Made by a program: the position numbers and the translations under genes. From Octopus sinensis (taxonomy: Eukaryota), in contig NC_043015.1 of NCBI RefSeq assembly GCF_006345805.1, positions 35,402,001 through 35,466,000 on the forward strand: a DNA stretch of 64,000 nucleotides, written 5' to 3'. The notes beneath the pieces are model-generated. The model ran no database searches, was not told the origin of the DNA, and was given only the letters and a program-made list of their open reading frames with translations. Position 1 is the first letter of the stretch; every line of letters starts with the position of its first letter. Shown here one piece after another: positions 39,841-53,957 of the stretch.

Positions 39841-40899
39841 GAAATAGTCTTTTTATGTCGAATAGTTTAATGGCGAAGATGTAAACACACCAACGCAGGT
39901 GAGGGATAAACACACACACATACGACAGGCTTCTATTAGTTTGTTTACCAATCCACTCACAAAGCTTTGGTTGGCCCAAGTAAATAGTTGAAGACATTAG
40001 CCCAAGGTGCCATGTGGTTGGGAAGCAAACTACTTACTACATATATTTAATATGACTTATTCCATTTATTACTTAATTTATGTATGCATTTTCTTCCGTT
40101 TAGCGTAATTAGTAAAAAAAGTTCGAGTGTATAAACAGGGCGAAGGTGTAGAATATGCACACCATTCGTTTTCGGGTTAGGGTTAGAGTTAGGATTATGC
40201 CGAAGACAGGTGGTGTGTGTATTCTTTACCTCCGCCATTTTTTAAAATTACACTCAAGCAAAAGTATAATTTATGAATATTTTTTTCTATTCGAAAGTCC
40301 TCTCCCCATCCGCGCCGAAAAGATTTTCCCCACAAATTTCTTCATAATCGTAATCTATGCCGTTTGAAAGGTATTGATTCCGTAACTCCTTAAAAGGTTT
40401 TAAAAAAGAAAGAAATTAAATGAAAATGTTCAATTTTTTCTTCTAATAATATTACGAACTGTTAAGTCTAGTCCCTATCCCAGCATGCCTCTCTCTCTAT
40501 CGTCTGCTTTTTTTTACATTTGTACAAGACACGAGTCGACATGCTTCAGGTAAGTAATTTCTTAAAGCAGAGAGTAAAAAAAAAGTGTGAGAATGACTAT
40601 TTGTTGTTTAAATTATTCATTAATAAAGACTCACAAATGTTTTATTGTTCAATGTATATATTATTGTATATTATATTTATTGTTCAATGTATATATAACT
40701 GTATATTAATATTTACTCTAGATTAAGTCGTCCAAATTTGAAATAGCTACATATTGACATAATCAACAAAGGATTTGTAGAAACTTGAGCCAGCCTTTTA
40801 TATTGTATTTACTGAATGAATAGATTCGTTTTGTATAGCATTATGAAGTTATAAGAAAATTTAACATATGTTAGTGATTAATCTGGTTAAACTAAAGCG

Positions 40900-41240
40900 T
40901 TAACCCGGTCAAAAAAAAAAAAAAATTTGTAACATGTGTAAAACAACTTGCTCTAAACGAATATGACAAAAAAAAATGCACACTCGCGAAAGTGGGGTGG
41001 GTAAGAGGCCTCGGAAAATTCACATCGGGAATTTCCGAAAGCGTCTGACACGAGCACAAAAACAAAAATAGTGTAAATAGGTGTAAAACAACTTGCTCTA
41101 AACGAATATGATGAAAATAATGCGCGCTCGCGAAAGTGGGGTGGGAGAGAGGCCTCGGAAATTTCACATCTTCAGTCCATGGCCTTTAAAAAAATAGTGT
41201 AATTGGTGTAAAACTACTTGTTCTAAACGATTATCAAGAA
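40900..41240. repeat. Tandem duplication of about 160 bp (aaacaacttgctctaaacgaatatga...cgcgaaagtggggtggg..gaggcctcggaaa), about 2.3 copies
   Basis: Directly visible repeats starting at about 40938, 41085 and 41210. Confidence 0.8.
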
Positions 41241-41299
41241 CACACACTCACACATGAATCATAAACTCCGTATTTTTGTACGTGATTCGCCAAAAAAAA

Positions 41300-41900
41300 A
41301 AGAAGAAAAATAACTGTAAATGTATATCATCTATTTTACAACCGTGCAAATACGGAACTATAATGGCTGAAAATTGGTGTCTGACTTTTCGCAAAGCATT
41401 GTGGGATTGTCGTCTGTATGATATCAATGGCGCGAGATTCAGTTTTTTATTGAAATTTTTATTGAATATTGGTCCTGCAGAGTGAAAGAAGTAAGTAAGA
41501 AATTATTATTAGACTGGAGAATGGTACTCCACATCCCCATTAAGGACTTTTCGTTTTCAATGTACTCGAGTGTTGTTGTTTCTGTTATTGTTCTGATGTG
41601 TGGTTGCATGTTCGAAATGTAATTAGATAAGTTGTCAACAGACATTCTAACTGATTTGTCAGTCGAGAAGCATACAATCTCTCTATTTTTTAATTTGTTA
41701 TGGCCTTTCTTAATTTTGGTGTCAAGATCACGGGTCTTATTTTTTGTTCGTTTTTGTTTATGCCTTTGGGTGTAATTAGAGAAAGCTGACAGGAGTTTGG
41801 ATTTAGTAAGGGTAAACTTTGCTGTACTGGAACGAAAACAATTGCAGCATGGAAGGTGTTTATAAGCCATTTAAGAACACACAAAAACCGTTAGATTCAC
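41300..41900 (-). mobile_element. Probable Penelope-like ORF fragment (pre-RT region)
   Basis: ORF 41439..41870 contains IVCFSTDKSVRMSV, which resembles the TDKxG motif preceding PLE RTs. Confidence 0.4.
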
Positions 41901-42219
41901 TTTAATATTAAATTTAATTTGTCAAAATATTTTCGTTGTTTTGAGACTGCGACTTCACTGACAAAATTCCGTGCTGCATCTGAGAAAGTAACAGTTAGTT
42001 CATGATATATGTACGTACGTATGTATGTATGTATTTATGTATGTATATGTGTGCATGTATGTATGTACTTATATACTTACGTATGTGAGTATTTAGGAGA
42101 AATAGACGTGTCTGTGTATGTACTTGCGAACGTATGTTTATGTAATATGTGTCAGTTCAATTTGTATACTTGATTGTTACCTTGCCACTCGCTATGCAAG
42201 TACATCACTTTCTCTCTCT

Positions 42220-42263
<44 letters not shown>

Positions 42264-42289
42264 TATATATATATATATTATATATAATA

Positions 42290-42324
<35 letters not shown>

Positions 42325-44039
42325 AGCAGATTGTAACATAGATAAATATATAGACAGAAATATAGTCAGAAGAAGAATAGACATACCAACTACCAAACAC
42401 CAAGAAAGATAGACTGTTTGATAGCTCGATAGATATATAGATAAATAGATAGATGCTTATGTTTTTTTATTGCTACGCATCACTCATTTTGTCCATTTTA
42501 TGTTTCTCACCTGTACTGCCCTTTGTAAAGAATTAGCAAACTGAGCTGTTTTGCAATAAAGGCTTGAATGGATTGAGAGCATATGATAACCTGGTGAAGG
42601 AAGCATGGATTTAAACTCTGCCTTATTAATTGCTTATTGGTGAAATAGCATAAAAAATATGTTTATGGTTAAGATTTCTTAATTAATATCAGTTTCTATA
42701 TTAGTGTATGCATCTTTAGTGAAATGATGATGAACTCTCTTACAATATGACTATGTGAATTGCTGAAATTATGGTATATTGTAAATTTCACGAATATTTG
42801 AATGACAGGAAAGCTATCCTGTTTCCTAACATGCAGATTTATTTTTCCCAAGTCATTTGATTAATTGTCATGTTTGTAAAACAGGGAATGCCTCAAATTT
42901 TAGAGGAAGTGGTTAATTGATTAAATTGATCTTATTACTTGACTTGCACTTTTTTTATCAACCATGAAAGGAAGAGAAAAAAGTTAGCCTCAACAGGATT
43001 TGAAACTAGAATATAAAGAGCTGGTAGAAATATTGGAAGGTATTTTGCCAACACTCTAACAATTGTGCCTCTCCACCATCTTAAGTTTAATAGAATAAAA
43101 TCTGTGAATGAATTTTGATGAATTTCTTGTGTAGTTTTAATGAAAGTTGGTCTCACATTGCTTGCATTTATATCTTTCCTGAGACATGTAAAAGTTTTCA
43201 TTTGTATAATACTTGGCTGCTTGTCACTTCAAATAAAGAGTAGTGAACTGATATTAAAGCCAAAATTTTCCTTTCGCTACTATTAGGATGTTTTTCATTT
43301 TTACTTTCAGGGTTAAAAAATGAATGATTACACTTATTGGTTTACATGCAAACTTTTGTTTATTTTATATCCTTCTATATGTTGGATATGCAAATTTCAC
43401 AAAGCGGGGATAGACACAACTGTCTTCACACAACCTACTTCAGATTACTCCCACTAAACACAATACTCTAATAAATAGAAACTCTGAACAATGTCAACAA
43501 CTTCCATGAACTCCCAATGACTCTCTTTGTCTCAACCAATATGCTAATTTTTTTATAAGAGTTTTGCTAGTCCATTCTTCCAATCCCATAGGGGTGCCAA
43601 TGACTCTCACCACAACAGTTTATACATGTATATTTTACCAAAACAAGTATCCCATGCGAAGCTTCACCTGTATGTAAGTACATAATTTTTTTGTTAATTT
43701 AAGTTTTCTGTTAGTTAACCATAGCTGTTTGTAAATTGAACACCTGTTTCTCTGTGTATATTGAACAATTTCCATATATATATGTTTGTTTCCCAATGCC
43801 ATGTTTAGGGTCTAGTTCTACTGTGTGGCATTTTGGGCAAGAGTCTTCGACTATAGGTAGAGACAACAAATGCATTTTTAGTGAAAGTGGTTGATGGGAA
43901 CTCTATGAAGCTTATTGCATGTGTGTGTATACACCATATCAATTATGTGATGCATGTTATAGGTAACTGTTGACAAAAAGTGCAAAATACTCATTGAAAA
44001 ATCAAAATATTTAGAGTAATGTCAAGAAGGGATGTAGAA

Positions 44040-44600
44040 TGGATAGTGAAGGTGTCCCACAGTATTGCAGCCTGGGCCTATGTGTCATCTTGCTACTGCA
44101 AGAGAGTACAGACCATTGAATGTTTGTGAAATATTGGCATCTAAGATTATGAACTCTCTGGATTTACTGATTACCTTGATGTCAGTGAGATTGCCATTGT
44201 CAAACAAGAGATTTGTTACCTTAGTAAGTGTCTACCCTCCAACCATGTGTTCCTCTGAAGAGAAAAAAAAGACTAATATTTTATCTTTCATGAAAAAAGC
44301 TTCTATGTTCTTTCTGCTTATAAAATCTTCATATTTGGTGATTTCAATGAAAGCATTTGCAGGGATAAAAAAATTTGGGATATAATTGGGAAACATGAAG
44401 CCAGAAAATGCAATAGTAATGGCTTGTTTAGTACTGCAAGTGTGTTCGATTTTTGCATATAGTGGGTAACTGTCAATCTCCTAGTGTGGAGCATGCTGTA
44501 TTTGAGCACCAAATGTGTGGGTGTATTTATGTGATCAAGATGAAAGGCAATTAGGTCTCTCATTAATTTCTGTTTGGTGAGTTGGCCCTGAGGAAAAATC
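44040..44600 (+). mobile_element. RTE-type APE endonuclease remnant
   Basis: VRLPLSNKRFVTLVSVYPPT, GDFN and GKHE..KCNSNG in broken frames. Confidence 0.7.
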
Positions 44601-44929
44601 TAGGCAACAAATTGAAATTAAGGCATGAATGCATTAGAGACACTTAGAGGATCTAGATCAAATTAGAGAAAGTGAAAACATCACTAAGTTTTTGATGGAA
44701 AAAATTGTTTCATGTTGGAATGAGTGAATTTGAATGAATCTCAATAAAATCTTAGTGTGCATGAAAAGCTTGAGAGAGATTTTTGAAAAGGTCTTAATGT
44801 TAATGTTTCCATTGTGTTTTGCTTCAAAAACTATGTAGACATGACAGAATTAAATAGACATCCTTATAATTGTTAAAATTTATTTAAATTATTTATTATT
44901 ATAATGTGAATATCTAATATTTAGTAGAC

Positions 44930-45930
44930 AGGCTCCTTGCATTTTTGAATGCAAGGACCCTAGCAGGCATGCTACTGATCTGATGAATATTCTCTTCATG
45001 ATTTTCTTGCCAAGTTTCTTGCAGTAATATCAAAAGATCTGGCTTTAAGGATGCTTTCTTTTTCTTTTTAGGAAGTATCCCATCCATCATGCCTCAGAGG
45101 TGTTCAGTAGGGTTCATATCTGGTGATTGGCTTAGCTATGGAAGCTTTTTAATGCCATTCTCTTCCAACCAATCCTGGGTCTTTTAGTTGTGCAAGAAAG
45201 CCCTATCTTCCATAAATAGTGTTATTTAATCATTTTACCCCTGGAGGTTATAGGAAGAAGATTTTTCTATAATATGGACACATTTATCTGAGTTTATGTA
45301 TCCCTCACATTCCACCCACCATTTCTGATTGACTATTGCTCCAAACTGCTCTCCAGACCATCACATGTTTCATTGTTGGCTGCAATATATTCACGTGAAA
45401 ATATTGGTGACTGATTCTCCAGACCCACATTCGACCAGTGTCAGAAAATACAGCAAATCTGGATTCATCAGAGAATTTGACAGTGTCCCAAAGTGCTAGT
45501 GACCTCTCTACCATTTCACTTGTCCAATCTTTTCTCCATTTGATATTGGCTGGTCGAAGCAGTGTCTTCTTTCTTGCTGCTCTGCCATAATAGCCAATTT
45601 TGCAGAGATAACTGACAGCTATTCTGGGACTGACATCAACTTATTCTGCTATATTGGAGGCCTTGCAATGAGGATTATCTTACACACTCTTAAGAAAGCA
45701 AAGTGTTCTGTCAGAGGGCCTTAGTCTACCTGGGTAAGGTGATATGGACTACTTTCCCGTTTAGTGAATTGAAAAATTACTCTATTTACTGTAGAAAGTG
45801 GAATCACAATGTTTTCTGTGGTTTTAGGCTAAGTCAGCCTTGAAATAGGCGCAGCATATGGCCTCTTTGTAAATTGGACATTTTTAAGGCTTCTTTTGTA
45901 CATGGCATGATTAAACAGTTACATATAGAA
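44930..45930 (-). mobile_element. Tc1-like transposon remnant
   Basis: ORF 45305..45514 contains VKFSDESRF..GRMWVWR..TMKH..VMVW. Ends are approximate. Confidence 0.8.
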
Positions 45931-46769
45931 CCTGAAACATATAAATGTCAATTAATAAAAAAAATATAAACCTCTTCAAGTTATAATAACAATGTGTTAA
46001 TGGGTATCTATTTACTTTTGTCATGTTTGTGTACAAATGTATCATTTGTTACAACTGCACTTTGAAAGAAAAAGAAAACCTTTAGTAGAAAATTAGCATT
46101 AGCTACGACAACGTTACCCAACTATTAAATCTTATATTTTTCAAACTCATGCTAGGATGGAAAAATGAACGTAGGTATGAGACTTATTTTTACACATGTA
46201 TTGATGCATATAAAACATGAAATTATGTTGTCTACATACTTAAATACTTGCAATTAATTCATTGTAAGAACATAGAATTTTGACAGGTTTTCTTGAGTTG
46301 TTGCTCATCTACAATAATCTGATAAATTTGAGGTTATTGTTGGTTGCATAAGATTGTCATTGAATTTTCTCTCGACAGAAATATCTAATCATTTTATCCA
46401 TACTAGCATGGGTTGTGTGTATCATGTTGATATCTGTTTCAGTTTAATTCCCTCTGCAATAGTTTCTTTTTTTTGTGTTTATGCAATATGGTACTTTCAT
46501 AAAATACAGTTGTCTCTTACCTTACACAGTATTCTGTTTCTTACTTTCACTTTAGCACAATTTTGCTCATTTTCCTCTATTTGTTTCTTTTTGTTTTTGT
46601 TTTTACAAATATAGAAGTAGTACCTGCTTCAGTTTCTCATAATATTTTGTTAAATATTTTTGAATTTGAAATATTAAAATTGATTTCACTGGAAATGAAA
46701 ATTCAATGTATAAAATTAACTTTAAACTAGATGTTCAGCATAAAATGCAAAAGTTTTACAAAAAGAATT

Positions 46770-47540
46770 GTCATCATCATCATCATCATTTAATGTCCAT
46801 TATCTATGCTGGCATACGTTGGACAGTTTCATCAGGGCTGGTAAGCTGAGGGTGTGCAGCAGACTCCAGTCTGATTTGTCATTGTTTGTATGGCTTGATG
46901 TTCTTCTTAACATCAAGCACTCCATGAGTGTTGTGGGCAGGGGTTGTGAAAAAAATTAATTGATGGGAAATTAATTACAATATATTGTCTTCTAAGGCAC
47001 GGCATGTCATGAAAGGTGTCGGTCATTAGTCATTGCCTTTATAAGTTTCAACAGTCAAAGATCATGCATTACCACCTTGTCCAATGCCTTCTTATGTCTA
47101 CTTCTTCTGCCATGTAGCATAGTTGTCTGCACAGGTATAATAAATATGGCTTTCACTCTGAAGGAGAGAACCTTAGTTACCAAACAGAGGAAGGAGCTCT
47201 CTGAATTTGCTCAGCCTATTTTTATTCTTGCAGCCACACTCTTGGTTCATCCACCTCTGCTACTGACTTTTTGTTGCAACAATCTTTATCGTACTCCTCT
47301 GGTATTTGATGAAGCCCATTTTCTGTACACTTTTAGTGTTTACTGTACATGTGCACCTTCCACATGCAAAAATATTTTCCCAGTTTACCTTCCTCTGATA
47401 TTGCTACACCTATTATGTGTTATACAGAGTACATCTACCTACCTGTTTCCTTCATATTGAGGATGGCCATGTACCTGAAGGGCTTTACGATTTATCTGTT
47501 TTCCTACTTACTAAGACTTTGGGTTATGGTTGGGTAGGTT
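46770..47540 (-). mobile_element. RTE-like LINE 3' fragment (same family as 3478-4700)
   Basis: ARIKIG.AKFRELLPL..RVK..TMLHG in broken frames, plus the (CAT)n tail at about 46772. Confidence 0.75.
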
Positions 47541-47635
47541 AATTCTGTGACCTTTCAATTCTAGATCTTGCTTCCATATGCAAAATTTGTTCTCTAGTTC
47601 TGGTAGTGATTTAGCTATAAGAAGAAGCTCATTAG

Positions 47636-49571
47636 TAAATAAGTGTGAAAACTCTTTGCTTTCACAAACACTTTATGTACACTGATTGAAGCAATGAAAA
47701 AAAAGGTCCTCGGTATACCTGAAACGTGAAGGAAAATATTTGGATAATGAAACTAATAATGTATGGCTAATTGAATGTAATGTAATAAATGATAATATAT
47801 GAGTGTTCAGTTGTCATCCTCTATGCCCTCCCCAATTCCTTTGAGAGAAGCAAAGAAGACTAATAATATGTATTAAATGATTAACGAAAATAATAATTAG
47901 TGCAAGAGACCCTTAATCAATATTGACGGTGTGACGATCAAGGAGCAACGTGTCAGTTGTGCATCAGGCTTTTAGTCTTTGTGAGTCTGGCAGAGCGACT
48001 AACAGGACAATTGCTGGATGGGGGATAAACTGCATCAGGCAGGGGTCGCTCTTGGAGGGCAGGGGTTTCAAGGGGTGTTGGGGTATGACCACTTGTGGTA
48101 AAGGTGGGGTAAGTTGGCATGGCTCTGTGGGTAGGCGGTGAGATGCATTTCTGGTCATGGTAATTTTGGAGTCGGGAAGTGGGCATTGGTGTTGCAGCTG
48201 CATGAGGTGCTGTTAAAGTCGGTTGAGAAGGTAGTCTCATCACTGGTGTTGGCGTGAAGAACGCAGGTGGTCCAGACACCATGAGCAGTGGGCCATGGGG
48301 AAGAAGCAGTAGATACTTCCAGAGGAATTTTGTTGCACAGTGTGACTTGGCCTGATCCATCCACTCTCAACATGTATGGATCGAAATGATGTACATCTAA
48401 ATGGCACCAGTTTTCCCCCCATTTGTAGGATTGGGTCAAACTTGGCTCTGGATTAGGACATAGTTCGAAAGAAGTGAGCATGTGTGTTTTGACAACTGTT
48501 CAGTAACACTCATGTGTTTACGCAGGTCTTCTTTTCAATAAGTCATAGTTTCATGCCATGTGGAATGTAGCTTGTACTTGCCGGGATGGATGGGAATAAA
48601 GTATTGTATAGGGCTGCCAAAGATGCACATGGCTGGGGACAAGTGTGTGTCCCGGTCAGGTGTATTTCTTTATTGTAGCATTGTGCACTGGAAACTGTCA
48701 GTGTTAAGGAAGCCATTGGTGTCAGTGTTGTCTGTAACGAGGCCCTTTATTGTCTCAATACCGACTTTGGCGCAGCAGTTGTCATGGGGAAATGCAATGG
48801 CGGTGATTCTCCCCAATTGTGGAAGAAGGTACAATGTCAGCTCATAGCTGATAGGGCAGTGTTAAGTGCCTGTGCGCCATTCAATGCTCCTTTAAGATGG
48901 TTTTCCAGACCTGTTAGGACATACCACCATTGTCTGTCACCAAGTGACAGATGTACCAATGGGAATAGGCTTGATAACTCCAAGTGGAACATTCCGGTCG
49001 AGACCTGCTTTTACTTCCTCTTGCCAATGAACCAGGACTGGTATGGGCGTATGGTGGGCGACTGGTTTAGCATTAAGCGGATCGGTTGGTCAGACATCTT
49101 GGAGAATTGCCAATGGTTGCAGACGTTGAATGTGCTGGAGCTGTAGTATTGTAGCAGCTACTTCCTCAGGTGAAAACGTTTTTCCTCAGTTGCTGGGAAT
49201 GGTAGTGTAGTTGGATGAGGGGGTTGTATTTGTTGTAGGTGGCAGGTGCATACATTCTGTGTCATTGTTGCAGATGATCGATGAGGCTTGTCAGTACTCA
49301 CTCCCATGGATTGTTTACAGGCGAACTCATGGCACAATCAGGTGCAGGACAGGGTACGTTGGTCATACTGACTCGCTTTTTGTCATAAATAAGTCTGACA
49401 ACTGTTTGCTTTCACCAATATTTTACGCAGTCTGAAGCAATGAGTAAAGGGTCTTCAGTATACCTGAAATGTGAAGGGAAAGATGATGGATAATAAAATG
49501 AATAATATATGGCGAATTGAATGTAATGTAATAAATTGTAATATATATGTGTTTAGTTGTAATCCTGTAAT
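47636..49571 (-). mobile_element. Internally deleted Ty3/Gypsy LTR retrotransposon (LTRs about 47636-47825 and 49386-49571)
   Basis: Two diverged direct repeats of about 190 bp, with a polypurine tract ggggaggg (47826-47833) before the 3' LTR. The interior has an RT N-terminus (PVLVHWQEEVKAGLDR..LGVI..PIGT.VTW) and an integrase ([34 protein letters not shown]). Confidence 0.85.
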
Positions 49572-50689
49572 CAGCATAGAAGAGTTGCTAGGGTCTGCCT
49601 GTTTTATATTCATCTGTTATTACCTGAATGATTATGATACCAACAAAAGTCAAGTACATAGGTTTATACTTGGTTAGGTACTTCTCCTGGGGTTTCTAAC
49701 CAGAAATATATCATGACTGGTGTTTCTTCCTGATACAAAACCAAATTGCATCTCATCTAGATTAAGTCTTTTCCTAATTAGTTGGGCTATGATCCTCTCC
49801 GTGATTTTCATCATCTGAAGAAATTAGTGCCAGTGCAAGCTCTTTATTTTTAAAGCACACATCAAGCATATGTTAACATATTAGCAATGAGAAAGCGCTC
49901 TAATCGATGTCTACCTATATACATACATATATACAGGGTAGCCATGTACTTTCTCTTCAGCGACACACCTCTGCCTGTCTCTCTATCATACTACAGGTTA
50001 GGATGAAGCCACCTCTCTCACTACTAGCAGTCCACTCATCCTTGAAATTTACTTTTTAATTTTACTAGTGTCAGTGTTACCAAAACTTTTCTCAGACATA
50101 GAAACCATGTGAAAACAGACATTAGATGTACGTGTAGTAATTCATCTCAGATAGTGTGAAATAGTCCAACCCATGACAACATGAAAAACGAATGTTAAAT
50201 GATGATGACACACACGTTAATTGTATTTCTTATATTAATTTCAATAATTAATTTGTTTCTATTTATAAATAAAAACAATTGATTTTGCATGAGAATGATT
50301 AGTTTGATGACTTGTGGAAGTAATGTACTGTGTAAATGTAAGGACAACTGTATTTATTAAACAAGTGTATTTCATGATTCGACACATAGATAAAACTTGA
50401 CTTTCAAGTGTTGGTTGATATTTTGCTTGTTGTTTGCATATCATGCCTTGTATTATAGATCCCAAATGGCCAAAGGTAAGTGGTTTTTCTTATTTTGGTG
50501 TGGGTTTGCTGTTAGGATTGTTTTTCAGAGTTTAGTCTATATTAGGGTCAGCTTGAGGATTTGTGAAGGGTTTTAGAGAGAATAGTCAAGTAAGAGATCA
50601 AAGTTTGAACTAGGGGTTAGGATTTGGGGTGATGAGGAGGGTAGAGATTGAACAGGTTTATTTATAGTGTTGATGACTGTTTTATATCG

Positions 50690-51170
50690 GGTTTAGCATT
50701 GAAAAGCAGGGATGAGGGCTGGGTGCTTAGATAAGATGCGGATGTCAAGTTGACCCAAGTTATCTCCATGGTGGTCTTTGGCATGTTGGTAGAGTATAGA
50801 AGAATGTTTTCTGTCGTCAAGTTGTCTTAGATGTTCATTTATCCGTTCCGCAATGCTCTTAGACGTCTCCTCTATGTACATCATGTTCATGTCCTTACAA
50901 GCACCTTCTATGCATCTTATATTGTAAACTACACTTCGAGTTCTACAGTTAATACCAGGGCTAATTCTACATGTCATGCAGTTATCAATTGTGCATATGG
51001 TATTATTAAACGGGCATGTCCTTCATAATTGTGACCTGATGGAGTTCCTTGGCTTTTCAACAATTTTAATGTTGAGTTTGGTCTCTTTCAGAGCTTTTCT
51101 AAATCTAAGGGCTAGTTCTCCATGGGCTGTGGTCTCTACTAATATCACTCCTTGAATTTTTACTGGTGAG
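50690..51170 (-). mobile_element. Penelope-like element GIY-YIG endonuclease fragment
   Basis: ORF 50693..50977 contains C..RSVVYNIRC..C..MYIEETSKSIAERINEH. Confidence 0.85.
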
Positions 51171-51436
51171 TGTGTATTTAATAATAAGGCAGTAAAAGAG
51201 AAAGACTCTCCCCAGACACAACAGAATATACACTGTTTTCGCTAATTACTCTTTCACTCACTTTTGCTACTTTCAGTTATTTGACTGTGGCCATGTTGGA
51301 GCACCGCCTTCAGTCAAACAAATAGAGCCCAGGACCTATTCTCTTTTGCTGAACCGTTCAGTTAGGGGTGCGTGAAAACAGCAGCATCGTTTGTCAAGCG
51401 ATGTTCGATGGATAAAGAGGCATACAAACGTATATG

Positions 51437-51477
<41 letters not shown>

Positions 51478-51646
51478 GATGGGCTTCTTTTAGTTTCCGT
51501 CTACGAAATCTATTCACAAGGCTTTGGTCACCCCGAGGCTATAGTTGAAGACACTTGTCCAAAGTTCCATGCAGTGGGACTGAACCCAGAACACTGCGGT
51601 TCGTAAGCAAGGTACTTATCACAAAGCCGCTCCTACGCCTAGCCTA

Positions 51647-51698
<52 letters not shown>

Positions 51699-52334
51699 CT
51701 ATTTATAAAACTGAAATGCAAAAAGTTTGTTTGTCTCGAACGGTTCAAAGGCCACTACATCCCGTCGGATTGATTCCAAAATTTACAGTTCGTGAGCAAT
51801 CATTCTCACAGAAATGCGTGCACAATCAGACACAGAATGTCACGGTTCAAAGGTCAACATGTTTAAAACATAAATAGCTACGAGTTTGCGTATATGCATG
51901 TATCTATGTGCATGAGTGCGAACGTGTGTTTTCAGAATGTCACAGTTTTAAGGTCAACATATTTAAAACATAAATAGGTACGAGATTGCGTCTTTGCATG
52001 TATCTATATTCGTGAGTGCGGACGTGTGGGTGTTTGTGCGTGTGTGAGCACAGTCCACCTATACCCAATCTGGTTGCATTGTCTTATAGGAACGAGCCGT
52101 GAAAGTTCCGGACCCCATTAATGAACTCATTTGCATACAAACAATTAGGGCTCACTTTGAAATTGTCCGGTTAACAAACAGTAGTGTCTGAATGGGAATT
52201 AGCTTGCTTACCTAACAAATGTTCCCGAGTTCAATCCCACTGGGTGGCATGTTGAGCAAATGTCTTCTACTATAGTCTCGGGCCGACCAAAGCCTTGTGT
52301 GTGGATTTGGGAGACGGAAACTAAAAGAAGACTG

Positions 52335-52337
<3 letters not shown>

Positions 52338-52385
<48 letters not shown>

Positions 52386-52558
52386 GCAGTAAGAGTGGCT
52401 GTGGTATGTAGCTTGCTTTCCCCAAACACGGTGATTCTGGTTCAGTCCAACTACGTGGCCCCATGGGCAAGTGTCTTCCAATATAGCCTCGGACAGACCA
52501 ACGTTTCTGAGTAGATTTGGTACACGGAAACAGAAAGTAGCCCGTCGTATATAGATAG

Positions 52559-52620
<62 letters not shown>

Positions 52621-52860
52621 ATATAAATATATATATATGTATGTATATATAAATATATATATATGTATGTATATATATATATATATGTATGTATATATAT
52701 ATATATATATGAGTATATATATATATATGGATATATGATATATATATATATGTATGTATATATATATATGTATATATATACATATATGATATGATATATA
52801 TATATAGGGAGAGAGAGATACATAGGTATATTTGACAGATATATGTATAACATATAGAAT
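52338..52860. repeat. Compound (TA)n/(TATG)n microsatellite zone interrupted by a SINE copy
   Basis: Directly visible; it generates the YIYI artefact ORFs. Confidence 0.9.
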
Positions 52861-53622
52861 TTAAACATATAAGGGATGGCCATAATGGGACCTCCGACTC
52901 GCTAGAGATAGCAGTTAAACTCCAAAAAAGCGTAAAAGTGCATGTCATGTCTGAATAATATATTGGAGAGTTACTTCCCTCTCGCATTATAAATATTATA
53001 TGTAAGGAAAGTAACTCTGAAAGATGTTATCTAGTTGTCTCCCTTCCGAGAGTTAATTTCTTTGCATGTTATTTTATTATCGTTAAATTATAATATTCAA
53101 GGGAAGTAACTGCAGAAGATACTGTGTAGTTATCTCCCTTAAGAACGTAGTTATCGTAATATACACTTTGTCGCTCTTAGACTCTTTCAGTTATTTCACT
53201 GTGACCCATGGTGGAGCCCCGCCTTTAGTCAAGCAAATCAACCCCAGGAATTATTCTTTGTATGCCTATTACTTAATGTATAGGTCTCTTTTGCAGAACC
53301 GATAAGTTACGGGGACGTAATGTTCGATATACTGATTTAGTAGGTATTTATTTATTGTAAGAATTTCAATTATCATAAATTATGGGCTAGGAAAGATATT
53401 AGAAACTTTTTGATATACCTATTGGGGCTCTTGTGTGTGTGGGACTGTTTTTATTTATTTATGTGAATGTGTATATTTCAACTCAGTGTTTGTGTGTGTG
53501 TGTGTGTGTGTGTGAGAGTGTTTTTTATTTCTGTGTCTTCGAATATAGCCTCGGACAGACCAACATTTCTGAGTAGATTTGGTACACGGAAACAGAAAGT
53601 AGCTCGTGGTATATAGATAGTG

Positions 53623-53672
<50 letters not shown>

Positions 53673-53898
53673 CATACATACATACTAAGTAATTAAGGGT
53701 TTAGCAATGATTTGCCTCACCACACACCGAGTTTAGAAATAGCAGTCAAAGAGTTATAGCTATTCTTTCTACTAAAAGGGAGATCTCAGTAAAACCACAG
53801 CACTTAAAGGCTCGAATGGGGCTTTTACATGCCAAAATCTACTTGGTGAAGTTAATGATTATTCCAAATTAATTAATTTCACCCTATATTATTACTGA

Positions 53899-53957
<59 letters not shown>

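Noticed and set aside
43590-43680. Possible plus-strand exon (cccatag...ctgtat|gtaagt) as partner of the 40541 ATG exon
   Set aside because: The phase-0 frame hits TGA immediately and the other frames give no recognisable peptide.
52335-52987. YIYI/IYIY ORFs (also at about 6656-7033, 8741-8989, 42149-42412 and 53478-53675)
   Set aside because: These are translations of TA/CA microsatellites.
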